DNA of 45,251 nt. Source: Blastocystis sp. subtype 4 (taxonomy: Eukaryota). The DNA is taken from contig NW_014569496.1 in NCBI RefSeq assembly GCF_000743755.1, positions 1-45,251 of the forward strand, given 5' to 3'. The position numbers and the translations under genes were made by a program. The notes beneath the pieces were generated by a model. The model was given only the letters and a program-made list of their open reading frames with translations. It was not told the origin of the DNA and searched no databases. Every line of letters starts with the position of its first letter. The first letter of the stretch is position 1. Below, one piece after another: positions 23,880 through 36,876 of the stretch.

Positions 23880-24864
23880 ATGCAAAAAGCTAGTAATGAA
23901 TCATTGTACTCGGCTCCCTCCAGTGGTAGAAAGTTATGTAAGCACTCATGAATACGATTCACTGTAGACTCCGTGTTAATGAAGTTTGCATCTGGAGGGA
24001 TGTCGGGAATAGTATCACGGACAATTTGTGCTCCCTTCTCTCGTTTATCTGTACTTCAGGAAACAAGAGTTTCGGTACAGTCTGCAACGAATTTGATTGT
24101 CGCCGAAGAGAACAACCTCCATCAGACATTCCGGAGCATTTATCAGAAAGATGGTAGATTATCACTGTTCTCTCCTATTTGTAGGTCTCATTGGCTTTTT
24201 TCGAGGTAATTTGGTTGATATTCTGCGTTCTATCCCATATTCTGCCATCAATTATGGAGTTTATGAATTAGTTTCTATTCGTTTGGATTCCTTAGATAAG
24301 AAGCATCCTTCAATCCAGCATCTTATTTCTGGAGGTACTGCAGGTATGTTTGCTGTCATCTGTACATATCCCTTCGACATCCTGAAAACTCGGGTCTATA
24401 TTAGCCAGAAGGGAACAACTGATACGGTGCTAAAGTCCATGCATAAGGGAGTTGTCAAGGTTGGGTTTCGTTCCCTGTACAAGGGTCTTGGAGTAAATCT
24501 TCTGTCTGTTATTCCTAATATGGCGTTAAGTTTTACTTCCTATGAGTATATTCGGAAATGGCTTCGAGAACATACTTCGTTGTCACTTGTTTGGGTAAGT
24601 ATGTTTTCTGGAGCGTTGAGTGGCTGTGTTGCTAATACGATTACTTTTCCACTTCATTTAGTACAGCGAAATCTACAGGTCGCTGGGATGGGTAAGAATG
24701 TCAAGAAGTATAAGAGTGCCTGGGAGTGTGTTCAGTTCATTTATGCTCAAAGGGGTATTCGAGGATTCTACTCAGGACTTCTTCCTCAGTATCTCAAGAC
24801 CATTCCCAAATGCGCTCTTTCTTACTGCATTTACGAGTTATCAAAGCAAGTTTGTGGTGTATGA
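23880..24864 (+). CDS. Mitochondrial carrier (SLC25; adenine-nucleotide/CoA-type)
   Basis: Three carrier repeats (APFSRLSVLQ, YPFDILKTR, FPLHLVQRNLQ), GFFRGN..R.IPYSA, GFYSGL. Confidence 0.92.
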
Positions 24865-24891
24865 TATTCTGTGGCTTTAGCGGGTTCCATA

Positions 24892-24909
24892 TGTTTGTTC
24901 CAACAAACG
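24892..24909. terminator. Head-to-head polyadenylation elements TGTTTGTT-CC-AACAAACG
   Basis: Between the convergent SLC25 and PSP1-domain genes. Confidence 0.8.
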
Positions 24910-24912
24910 TGA

Positions 24913-25928
24913 CTACACTTCTTCTCGTGATCTTGGCATATTCTTGATATTCTCCATCCATATCCGAGCATAGAAGATAGAATACAATTCCTTTACAAAG
25001 CTCCGGAAATCTACACGCGAGTTGCTATAGTAGTAGACTGTAAGCTTCTTCCGATCGTACTGAAACTCGACATCTACAATTACGATATCCATGTTGTGTT
25101 GTTGTGCTTTCTGAGAACATAGACGAAGTACGCAGGTCTCTTCTCGTCTCTACCCATCAATTCGTGACATAGCACTCACTTGATCCTTAAGCAGACTCAC
25201 CTCAACTTGACTTGCCTTATTCAAAACAAGAGGCATTGGTAAATGAGAAGGAGCTAGAATGGAATTCGATCGATTCGCATACGACTGTAACATGTTTTCC
25301 TTGTGATGACTCTTCCAAGGTCAACACCTCGATCACCTGTTACACAGACATAATCTCCAATGTCAATAGCCGTATCTTCCTCTGAACCCATACATAGACG
25401 TGTTGATCGTTTGAACTGGACTTCAAATACATAAAACTGCTTCTAAGATTAATTCGGTGAAGAGTACTCACTTTTGGTTTGTAGTAAGAGGGAAATCTAT
25501 CTCTATACTGCCATTAAAATCAAAGAAAATCATTACATCTCGAAGATAGTCAATGTTTCTTGGGTATTCACGTAATGTACTCCGATCACATATGTTATCT
25601 CGTCTCAGAGTACCAAATGGAATACACTCATGAAGCAAAGGATCACCTGATTTTGGGAACCGAAGGGTATCTTCCTTCGAGAGGGATTGACTGCTTGAGT
25701 AGTCATTGCCATCCTTTAACCCTATTCATTATCTAGTAGAAGAGAAAAGTACAAAGGGACTCACAAATTGGACGAACAGGTTTGCTTGAACGCAAGTACT
25801 CTGATTCTTCTGCATCTACATCAGCAAGATAGGGTGCAAAGATTACATTTCTAAACGTAATACTTAGATATCAAAATGACATAACGATGTGGTAGTTCCA
25901 GAAAGGATGACTCTTCAGCGCTCTCCAT
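24913..25928 (-). CDS. PSP1 C-terminal domain protein (RicT/PSP1 family)
   Basis: FEVQFKR..IGDYVCVTGDRGVDLGRV ... DVEFQYDRKKLTVYY..RVDFRSFVKELYSIFYARIWME. 5' exons uncertain. Confidence 0.85.
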
Positions 25929-26130
25929 GTCTATTCGAATGTGCCAGTGGCTTTACGTCTACAATTATTACGTAAAACACGCGAAGCAAATCGAGGCGAA
26001 GACCCAACTGATATATCCACAGTTTCGTCTCTGTATATGTAAATTAGGATGAGAAATGCTTGATCGGGACTCTATGTTGGAATCCCTTTCAGTTATCCTT
26101 GTTTTCATGTTAACGGTGTCATAGTAATTT

Positions 26131-27119
26131 ATGAACGAATTAGTCATTTTTCTAATCACTATTTTTGTTGTTCAAGCAAGACTAGATGACCATTTCGCTG
26201 TATTGGTGAGAAGTATAGTTAGTCTATTATATAGGTTGATTCTTCAATCTATTTCCGCAACTTTCGACATGTTGTGAATACACTGACTCTCTACAAGCAT
26301 CTACGGGATCAGGGAGTCCCTAAAGAGAATGTATATCCTTACTTCTATGATGATCAAAGATAATTGTGATGATCGCTGATGACATGCAATGTAATGCTCG
26401 AAACTACCACTATGGACAGATATACGAAGATTCTTCTCATTGTGACTTGTAGTTATCAATAGTTGTACTCATATAATAGAAGCGAGGATCTGTTCATAGA
26501 TTATTTAGGTGAAGATGTATCATTATCGACCTTTCTAAATCTTCTTTTGGATAACCTACCTTCTTCCCTATCTTCCAAGAGAAAACTGTATTCAAATGAA
26601 AATAGTACACTACTTCTCTTTCTCAATGGACATGGAGGAGATGGTTTCTTCAAGTTTCGAGTCCCTTCTCTTGAAATCATCAATTGTAGGAAAGAGAAGA
26701 GTTGAATAGTCATATTCTGTGGAATGTACTGTTTCAGATGTTCAAAATGAAGAGATATGGTCAAGTGATGATCATGATTGACACTTGCCAAGCATCATCT
26801 CTTATTCCTAAAGATCTTCCTCCTAACTCTATATTTCTTGCGAGTAGCAGTGTCGGAGAGGAGAGTTACAGTCATGGTTTCGATTATCATGTGCTTTCTG
26901 TCTCCTTTTGATCATTAATAGTACGGATTACCTACGAAGGATCGATTCGTTACATCTCTGATGAGAAGTTTGAAGGAGTGTGATTCACATTCCTTCATAG
27001 ATGGAGCTACGATTTTAGACAAGTATTTCAATTATCGCATTATGCAATCAACAGTTATATGGCGTTCCTCGGTTTATCCTCCATCATTTTGTTCATTTTT
27101 TGGATACTCGCTTGTTTGA
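26131..27119 (+). CDS. GPI8: GPI-anchor transamidase catalytic subunit (GPI8/PIG-K, C13 peptidase)
   Basis: Signal peptide; FAVLVDSSIYFRNFRH, MIADDMQCNARN, catalytic NGHGG and IDTCQA, ESYSH. Ends SFFGY with a possible poly(A) stop at 27108 or TGA at 27117-27119. No C-terminal TM in the homologous frame. Confidence 0.92.
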
Positions 27120-27127
27120 AACAAACA
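27113..27127. terminator. Overlapping bidirectional polyadenylation elements (TGTTTGAA on +, TGTTTGTT on -)
   Basis: TGTTTGAAACAAACA between the convergent GPI8 and copine genes. Confidence 0.7.
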
Positions 27128-27135
27128 CGACATTA

Positions 27136-29964
27136 TTAACTAGAATCCTCTTTGGATTCACCAATGTTCTCTGGAGAATAACCATGAGCATTCATATAGT
27201 CCATGAATTGTCTCGGTAATTCAAACAGAAGGTTCTCGATAATCTCCTCACAGGATTTGTACCGAAGTTCCTCAAACTTGACAAACTGGACCATCTACTG
27301 TTGACTCATCCACAATCCACCTACATCACGAGCTGGTTTCTCACCATTGAAAGAGAGAGTCCTGTCATCTCCATCCAGCACATTCATGAACTGGAAGTCA
27401 TTATCACCCATTCCTAGAATAATCAACGAAAGAGGTAAATGGGATGCCTCAATCACTAATCGAGCTGTCTCTACTTGATCCACAATACCACAATCACTCA
27501 ATAGGATCAACACCACATACTCCTTTCCTTTCTTCGTTTCTGCTTCCTTAGCACGTCTACAGTTCATTCCTTCTTTTCATTCTTACTCAATTGCTTTTCT
27601 CAAGATATGTTGGAAATAAGTGGGGTACGAAGGGAGGAGATTCTTCACCATCGCTCGATACGCCTTCAGAACTGCATTAGTTCCGTGGATATACGGATCT
27701 GAAGGGTTTCCGTTCATAGGGAACAGCTCAACCGAGAGTTCAGCGCTCTCAAAGTCCTTTGTTTCTGTTTGGGGAGTGGTATTCTCCTTAAGAAAAGCAA
27801 GAGAAGCTGTCAGACTCATCTCCAGAGCCTTGCGTTTCTCTTCCTCCTTCTGTTGCTCTTCTGTAAGCACAGTTTCTGGGATCATCTCTAAAGGTTGCGT
27901 CGAGTTCTTAGCTTCAGTAGGTTCCGTGGGTTTAGTGGACTCAGTTGGTTCGGTGGGCTCAACAGGTTCATCGGGCTGAGTAGATTCAGTGGGTTGAGTT
28001 GGTTCAATAGATTCAGTGGGTTGAGTTGGTTCAGTAGGTTCACTGGGCTCAACAAGTTCATCGGGCTGAGCAGAATCAGTAGGCTTAGTTGGCTCGATGG
28101 GAATCTCATCAGGTTCAACAGGCTCCGCAGACTCAGTAGGTTTGATGGGAATCTCATCAGGTTTCACATCCTCACTATTCCCCTCTACAGACTGACGAAT
28201 ACTCTCAGGCAAAGGAGACTTATCTCCAGAAGATGCCGGATAATCATGATAATGACGTTTAAGAGGAGCACCACCAAATCCATATACAGCAAATGTATTA
28301 TCATCATCATATCGAGATAACACAGTTCCAACATCCAATAAGGCCTCTTCATAACTATCCTTAAATTCTACACTACAGAATTACTCGGGATTCCGATGAG
28401 AAGATATACTAGCTTGTTTTACACTTGAACTCATATCCACAGCAATCTACAAATTAGGAATTCCAATTAATCTCACAATAAAGTCCATATCAGTAACATG
28501 ACGATAGTCAAAGAAGGAATACTTATATTTGGATGAAATATCATCCAACATCACAGCTCCCTGAACCTCACTATCTGTCAAGCTTTACTTCTATTACTAC
28601 CCAGAAGTACTCAATGAAGGAATCAAGTCAGCAAATAACACATTGCTATCATCAGGCAAATTCTCTTGGTTCAAGTTGACCAGATTCAAGGCTGAAGCAG
28701 ACACACTACTCACCGTACTGTTGACCAAGCGACGGAAGTCAGCAACTGCTTCGTTATTCCCCTTGGCGATAGTCGCATCCTGAGTACGATACAATCGAAT
28801 CTTCTCAGGATTGCTCGTGAGCTCAAACGAGGTGCCTTTGCTTGCAGTAAGAAGAGTAGTCGCGGGAATCTAGACATTATGGCAAAAACACTCATTCTAC
28901 TTCACAATGCCCAATATACAAATCACGTCCTTTGGAGACAGCTTCATATATTTCTACCAGGATAACAGCATGCTTATTACCACAAATAAGGACTTGGTTA
29001 GGCAATTCAATACTTCCAAATGAATAGCCTCCTGTGAACTTTTTACTGCTCAACTTCGTGAACAGTCGATAAGATGATGAGGAATGAATGGAAGTATGAG
29101 TCTCCTCTTCGGGACTCTTTTCATCGTCACTTGCATCATCATCTTCAATTGTCGCAACACGATTCATCTTATCAAATGTTTTACTACGATAGATAGGGAC
29201 ACGAACCCCGTTATCACAAAGACGGAAAAGTTCCAAATACACATGAGAAGGATTACAGGCTAGAGGACTGACAGAAAGAGATAGAGTGGTTGTATTACGA
29301 TCCTCAGAATTCTTCTCTGCATAAATCTGAAGTCAAAAAGAAACCAAACGACTACTTGGATCGAACCAAAGATAGGAGTATTCACCGGACTAAGACAAGT
29401 CGTATAGTAATTTGGACACTGCGTAAGAGTATCCAGAGAACACTGAAAGGTTCCAATCAACGAATGTTTGGACAACTAGTGTTAAGAATCTATAGATAGT
29501 AGGAAAGGTGGATATATCTGGATTCTTCTCTCCATTGGTATCATACACGTCGAACTTGAGACTCTGATTCTTGTTGTAAATTACGAATCGTTCTATAAAT
29601 TCAGGACTATCCATGAACACCATTTCATAGGACGTACTTAGGATCCTGTACGATCACCTCTGTAACACCAACAAGGACGTACTCCTGTTTTTTGGATGTT
29701 CCAATGAAACGACTTTCATACACTGCTACAAAACAACTAGCATCAATCACATTATCTCGGTTGGGAACGATCATATTCTCCAGCCGAATACTAATCTGTA
29801 TCTGAGAGTATTTATGAATTCATTACATCATAACTATCACTCTGCTCGGAATCAACAAAAGCAGTATTACCAATCTCGTTTTTCTCCCTGTACGAAGAGC
29901 CACCTGCCTCTCCCTCTTCTTCTAACACAGCATCTTTGTTGATTTTGGAGCAAGTACAACCCAT
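27136..29964 (-). CDS. Copine (C2 domains + vWA) with N-terminal acylation motif and a large insertion
   Basis: MGCTCSK start; C2 motifs (QSLKFDVYD, YLELFR). vWA motifs FIVAVDM, YDDDNTFAVYGFGG, YVVLILLSDC, EASHLPLSLIILGMGDNDFQFMNVLDGD, ARD.VQFVKF. Confidence 0.9.
27910..28165 (-). repeat. Degenerate coding repeat (PTE/PTQ/PDE triplets) inside the copine vWA domain
   Basis: KPDEIPIKPTESAEPVEPDEIPIEPTKPT...EPTQPTES repeats; DNA units such as TCATCGGGCTGAG and GATTCAGTGGGTTGAGTTGGTTCA recur. Confidence 0.9.
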
Positions 29965-30101
29965 TTATAAGTTCAATATGTCGAAACGGGACTCAACAAA
30001 CGAGTAATTCCCGTGATTCTCTGTATAGATTCTTTTTGTAATGCCGGAAATCCCCGTTTCCACAATTGTGCTCCAAGAATAACTTAGCACAGAAAGGAGT
30101 A

Positions 30102-31501
30102 ATGTCTGCGACAACGTTCAACGTGACATGTACTTTGTCTTGTTCATCTATAGGTTATTGCCAACTTGGTAAAGACCTGTATTGGAACAGGCATGCTTGC
30201 TCTTCCAAATACTGTCTATTTAGTACATCTTGAGGTTCAAATTGATTGTAGGGTGGTCTGATTCCTGCAATAGTGATTCTTATTGTGGTTCCTTCATGGA
30301 TCGTTTATTGTACAAAGTTGATCACAGATTCCTTCTGTGCATTTGATACAAAACCAAAGCCAGAAGAAGACCCCTACGTTCTTTTAGCAGACAAGGTGGG
30401 TTAGGAGTATAGATTATGATTCTAGGCCTTTGGAAAGGTGGGTGTACTTCTTTTACAGATTAGTTTCGTTATTACAGTCTATGGCATCGCTGTCGCGTAT
30501 GAAGTATCTATAATCATAAAAGTGTTATGTAGATTACCTGGAACATGCTTCTTGCCGGTCTTAACTGGAAACAATGGGGTCTGGAGTTCTTCAGTAACAA
30601 GTGGTTCTGGGGTGTCGTTTATTTCTTCCTTGCATGCATCCTTGCTCTCTTAAAGGATCTCCGTGCTCTTGCTAAACCCTCTCAAATGGGAAACTTCTTT
30701 ATCATTACCGTGTCCATCATTGTCATCATGTGTGAACAGTCTTCACAACTCATCCATAGTTACGGTATCTGCTCATTTGGCCTTCACATTGACACCAAGA
30801 ATCTCATGTGGACAACTCCTCTCGATTTGGCTAAGCTTTTCGGAGTCGTCTGCTATTCACTCGGAATCGCCGTGATCGGACCCACCTCCTACGTACTAGT
30901 GCATACCCACACTCACCTTTAGAATACAATGAAGAAACCAGAACAGTATTTCAAGGCTCTTGTCACTTCTGTTGTCATTGCTGTGTTAGTGTACATGTCC
31001 TTGGGAGTCTTAGGAGCTATGTCATACAACAGAGCTCCAGGTGGAATTGACCCATTAGTGATCAACAATATCCCTTCTTCAAACATCATTTACTATATCT
31101 GTTGTATTGGAATCTGCTTCGTTGCCTATTTCTCTTATCCTGTTGCTGTGTTCCCTGGTATTCTCGCCTTGGAAAGTGGAATCAAAGAGTGTAAGTATGA
31201 GGAAGGAGTATGACATGTAGCGGAAGAGGGAGAAGGTTACTTTGTGAAGAACTGGAAGCGAATTGTATTGCGTATCTTTATGACCTTGGTTGTTACTGTC
31301 ATTTCGATTGTCTTCCCCAACTTCAAAGGTGTCGTTTCATTGATTGGCTGTCTTACCATCTCCTTTGTTACCTTTGTATTCCCTCCTCTCATTCATTATG
31401 TCTTGGTACCTCAAACGAAGGGAAAACAGATCAGAGATATTATTCTAGCTATGCTTGGTGTATGCACAATGGTCATTGCCACTGAGGCTGATCTTATGTA
31501 G
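30102..31501 (+). CDS. Amino acid/auxin permease (AAAP; SLC36/38-like) transporter
   Basis: NLVKTCIGTGMLALP..GG, MKKPEQY, FSYPVAVFP, VFPNFKGVVSLIGC..FVFPP; many TM segments. Confidence 0.92.
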
Positions 31502-31509
31502 TCTTTCCA

Positions 31510-31524
31510 TGTTTCTTACAAACA
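31510..31524. terminator. Bidirectional polyadenylation element TGTTTCTTACAAACA
   Basis: Between the convergent permease and ERMP1-like genes; 14/15 identical to the element at 4941-4955. Confidence 0.8.
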
Positions 31525-31528
31525 TTCA

Positions 31529-34205
31529 AAGGAAAAGTAATAAAATAATTGATGGTATGACTTAAAAACGACAGTCCTGTCATTCCTCCATATACAAATC
31601 CATATCCTAAACCCTTTCCAAGAATGTATAAGGCTTCAGGTTCGCTATGACCTACATCAGTGATTCGAATAATGACTTGAGATCCCGTTCGACTCCGTAC
31701 TGTCAAACCAATCTGCATTTCATCTTTCAAATCACCCATAATTAAACCACGAATCACATATCCTTCTTGTACCTCTTTGGTACCTCCATATTCCACAGTC
31801 ACTTCCACAGGATTACTATACACCTTTGAGTCCAGATCAGCTAGATTCGTTGTGTAGATTCGGAACAGTACATTGGGATAGCCATATACAGAAGTGAGAT
31901 TTCGTTTTGGAATCGTCATTACGAATTTCTTTGTTACTTGTGTCACATTTGTTGATAATGGAAGCTTCACTTCATCTAAATGTGTTGCATTGAATGTTTC
32001 CTCTGTAAGGTTGAAAATCACTGGATATCCATTCTTAGCTAATCCTACTTTCAAGCAGGGTCCTTTCACATGTCCGTAGAGGTAACAGGAAGAGTGCAGA
32101 ATCGACCTTACAGTATAGTTATCCCGCAGCCACACATTCTGTAACACCTTCTCCACTTGCTGTTGGGCTTTGGAATGGCCTCCGATCACCAAGTGACCTT
32201 CTGTCCACTTATTCCGTTCCAACTCAAACTCATTATCCAAATAGGCTACACCAGCAAACACTCGAACCGGCTTATCACTATTCCAAGCAGGAAGATGATG
32301 AGACGAAATCATTATACAAATTACCAGGAGGATCGTAATGCCACTCACTTCATTCATGAAGCGACGGAATACAATCTTCTCTCTCCTCGCTTCCAAATCC
32401 TCAGATGGTCGGATCTCTTCCAACAGATCATCAAATGTGGCTACTGATAGGACCGAGGGTTTCTGCTCGACCTGCTCATCTACCATGTATATCACTTTCA
32501 ATGAGGATACACAGAAGAGCAAAGGGAACACAGCAGCCCAAAAACTGAAAACGACAATAACACATACAGTCAAGTCTTCAGTTGTCACACTCCAGTAAGT
32601 AGTATGAAGTGTGGCACAGGCTGCGCCCATGTTCACCAGATAACAAACAAGTCCACAAGCAACCAAACAACATGCATACAAGGCCTTCTTCCATTTATAC
32701 TGATCTACGACATGCATTCGTCGAAGAAACAGGGGGATATTTGTCAGTCCAAAACAAAGACATGGAATAGCGAAGTTCAGTGTGATGTGTTGTCCGCAGA
32801 GGAGTAGAATGAGTCCAATCACTCCATAGACAATAGAACAAGTGGAGATGGATGCTCCTGCATAATCACGAACAAAGTACTGTGAATAGAAGTTAATTTG
32901 AAGAGTGACAAGAATCAGACTGGACAAGAGCATACAAAGAATCGTAGACAGAAGATATGCACTGAGTTTATGAATGGCGAGTGGTTCAAGAGAAAGCCAT
33001 GATAAGGTAATGACCATTGTGATACAATACACAACCAATTGAAGCATGAGAATCACTCGTGAATGATGACAGCCTGATTGAATAGCTGGAATTTGACCCA
33101 TGTTCCCTATTGTTAGAAATAGCACTGAAAGTGCAATTCCAAAAATTATCATGAATAACTGAGTGAGGGCTGATACACGTACAGTGTATCCAAACACACT
33201 GATATACGAAGAGAAATCTCCATACCATGAGGCTCGTAATGATTCAGGAGGAGCTCGGCCTAAAATGGAAGCCAATTGAATGATACTGTCATAACGTGCT
33301 TTAGCTGCTGCTGCTTTGGCTGAATATTTCTGATCACCAGGAGTGTGGAAATGGAAGGGAGAATCCATATAGGAGAGTTTAATGAGACAGGAGGCAGGAT
33401 TGATACTAATGAGATACGCTTCGCTGTTGGTTAGTAAAGAAAAGGCTGCTGCCCCATCCAACACATAATTGGAAACACGAGAATGGAAAGTAGTTGCTGG
33501 AAGAAGTCTTTGGGACTTATATCGTAGACTCTTCAGGTAAATGACTTCTGGGACTGTCTGAGCGATACCTTGAGAATCAAGAATCACTGAGTACGCACAG
33601 TGCTGTAACTGGGGCAACGAAAATAAATTCATCAGGACATTTGATCCATTTTCTCGTGTATCAGAAATGATTGCCGTGATCGTGTTTACAAGACCTGGTT
33701 TTGCAGAAAGCTCTTCTAAGGCCATAATGATCTGTATCACACCAAGTGCATTAGCGCTGAATCCATCACTTCCATAGACACTATCCATGTTCGAAACAAT
33801 ACAAACACTCTTATAGTTATCGGTTAGATTCACTGTTTTGGGAGCAAGGGTAGCAATATATCCACCAATATTCGCATTGACATGGAATTCCTGATGAATG
33901 GCACTAACTCGATTAACTTTTACATAATTCCATGTATAGTTATATTCATCCAATACATTCGTGTTGATAGACTGCAACAAAGACTTAACAGTACGATGTG
34001 CCTTTTCCCAACCAGGACTAATTCCAGGAACACGTTGAAAGCTCAGCTTGGTTGTTGCATCCAAAATATACGTACCCGTTCGATTTGAGATCGTTTGGTC
34101 CCAATCCTGGTAATTCCAATTCGTATCAAACTCTAATAGCGGAAACCAGCAAATCACAAGAAACACAATAAAGGTACTCGTAAATGGGAAAGAACGAACT
34201 CTCAT
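31529..34205 (-). CDS. ERMP1/Pff1-like multi-pass M28 metallopeptidase homologue (degenerate active site); stop likely made by polyadenylation
   Basis: Intronless ORF with an N-terminal TM, an M28-like domain (RVPG, SNMDS..SDG, HFHTPGD), about 8-9 TM helices and a lumenal C-domain. Ends YFITFP + T(31529)-TGAA-TGTTTGTA. Confidence 0.72.
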
Positions 34206-34283
34206 CGTACCATTTACTGAAAGAAGAGGATAAAGCACTCTTTGATACAACAAACACTTGTCATAAAGAATATAAACCCCATA

Positions 34284-36876
34284 TTACTCTAGGCTTTTCA
34301 AAGTTGCCTCCACTGATTCCAAATTGCGCTTCTCCTTTTCATTCAATTCCCGTCCTTCCAAATCATCCATAACTCGGCTCACCAATTCTCTATTCCTCAA
34401 CCTCGGTTCACAAGCATACGTTCTTCCAGGAGCCAATTCCGAAATACACCACAAGAAGGAGATCAAATCCTATCAATCTAATCACTCTTATAACCCTACC
34501 TTGGATGAGAGAGTCGATTCCACAAGTGAAATCTGTTCTAAAAGGAAATCTAAGACATTCTGATTCTTATAACGAATAATTGCAAATGTTTTCAACAGTT
34601 TTAACTTATCCTAACTCTCATTTCTCTTCATCACACACACATCATCATCAAATACACCCAAATTCGTTTCAAATTGGGTCTCAAATGTTGTTAGCAAGGC
34701 TGTAGGTCGGAGTTTCATTTTAGCCAGATTGAACATCACATCACTAATGAATTCTGGTTTGATATTCTGTTTATTCTGCTCACACCAAGCGGATACACCC
34801 AACGATAAAGTCATTGGAACTAAATACGATCTATCTCGACGAATATATGGTATTGCAGATGATAACTAGATATGAAGCCAGTCTAGAGGCCTCACTGTAT
34901 ACATCACATCTCGTGAAGACACTTGACCACTCTGACCACAAAGTGAAGCAAAACGTCGAACCAGAGCAAGAACTGTGGAAGGGTCTAGATTCTCTGGGTC
35001 AATCTCTCCTTCCTCACTTACGCTGACGGTTCGTATTAAACAGAAGCTGACAAATCGAGCGAGAGTTAAATGCTTCTGGGTTCTGCTGGAAGAGTGTCGT
35101 CATGTGTTTAACCAAAGTATCCGGAATCTGTTCGTTCTATTCTTGGTTCCATCATCACAGCCCTACACCAGCTAGAATCCGAAGCAACATACAATCAATC
35201 CCAACGATAGACGAAGAGATATCCTTTCGTGTGAGATATCGATCCAAAAGACTCTCCACAATATGATCAATATCGGCATTCTTTTCTCTATTCCTGATTT
35301 CGACAGTATATTGGTACTTGCACTTGGCAATAGCAGTAAGCGAATAGAAGACTTGAGTGTCATCCAACTGATCCACTTCTTCAGCTAACTTCTTAAACAG
35401 CAGTTTTAGACTTGTTGATGGGTAAATATTGAGGTAATTGTAACAACACAAGAGATATACAGAGTCAGATGTTGATAGACTACAACTGATCAAGATTCAA
35501 CTCTCAGTACTCTTCAGTATGAGTGTGAATGATATCAAGGAGTAATAGAACCATGTCCTTATTCACTGAATGTAATTTCATAGTGTAACGAGCATAGGAA
35601 TATAGTAATGACAAAGCTACGGATTGGTTGATTTCTTCACTGCTATAAATTATATACTATTTTTGGAATTACCGTTTTTGAACATATTTTACCAACCCTC
35701 GATCCAAATCACGATTCATAACTCCTAATTCCACATATGCACGTAAGATAACAGATAATTCCAATGGCGAATATTTGGGCATCTTCTGACAAACCACTCC
35801 AGTCAACTGACTTAGTCTAGAACTCAGATTCTTTCCTAATATCTACACTTCCTTCGATTGAGGATGATGGGAATATGAGAAGCTGTATACCAAATTCGCC
35901 AGATAGGATCTACACATGATCTTCTCATTCCTCTCTTACGCTCGTAAAGTATTGACTGCTTCTGGATTCAACATAATGATATCTATCCGTTATTCAAACA
36001 ATGTTTCAGGACTCTCTGTAATCCGAAATAGTTCATCTTCTTGATTCACATCTGATGAGGTTTGGGTTCGGTGACTCATTCGAGTGATTCCCCATATTAC
36101 ATCAATTAGCTCCATGAAACTAAACTCATTACGAGTGAGGTACAAACAATGGATGCATTTCGAGTATTCTTCTGATGACAGTTTGATACGCATCTTGCCT
36201 AAAGACTTCATTAATAATCCCAGTTCTGTAGTTGATAGCTGAGATAATGAATCCTAGGATCAGAATCTCAACAAATACCAACCATGCTCTTTGAAAGCAA
36301 TAAATTCACAAGATTCATAGGAGCTGAAGTGGATGGAGAATACCCCAGACGAGAAATAGCCCACAAACCATCCACAATTGTCTTTGGATTCACATTCTAC
36401 TTGAAATGATAGTTATCAATAGTTACTTCTTTGGAAAACTGTTCAACACATATAGAATCCAAATATTGGATGAAAGCATCAACCTGAGCAAAAAGTGGGT
36501 GTTTCTTTGCTAAAATCATTCCAGGAGAATAATGGCCACATGCTGTTAACACTTGAAGATTCTCATCTAAGGAACGTTTGGTATAATCCTAGAACTCAAT
36601 AAACCTCTTCAAAAATACATCAATCAGTTCAACAGCCTTTTCAAAAGACGAAACAGTATCCAGCTTTTGTAGTAACGAAGTTTGATTCACCGTCTCGGTT
36701 ACTGAGAAGAATCGACTCTGAACTGTTGGGGCCATTTGAAAAGACATAACGGCGTTGGGAAGAACCGAAATGATCCTCACAGTACGAGAGGCTTGAGAAA
36801 CTCCACCACGAGTACTAGCGAAGATAGACTGTGCAAATCTTTGAACAATTCTTCCCCTTGTTACTCTAGACAACAT
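34284..36876 (-). CDS. Mitochondrion-targeted helical-repeat protein (OPR/HPR/FASTK-like RNA-binding)
   Basis: Presequence MLSRVTRGRIVQRFA..RFFS. Repeats MPKYSPLELSVILRAYVELG, FSFMELIDVIWGITRM, LDDTQVFYSLTAIAK, IKPEFISDVMFNLAKM. Many short introns. Confidence 0.6.

Noticed and set aside
26978..27139. Alternative GPI8 frame giving a C-terminal TM helix via a 23-nt intron
   Set aside because: The unspliced frame matches the GPI8 consensus (ST..WR....FFG), and the intron would be shorter than the others seen.
31494..31528. Apparent coding overlap between the permease and ERMP1-like ORFs
   Set aside because: It disappears if the ERMP1-like stop is created by polyadenylation at 31529.
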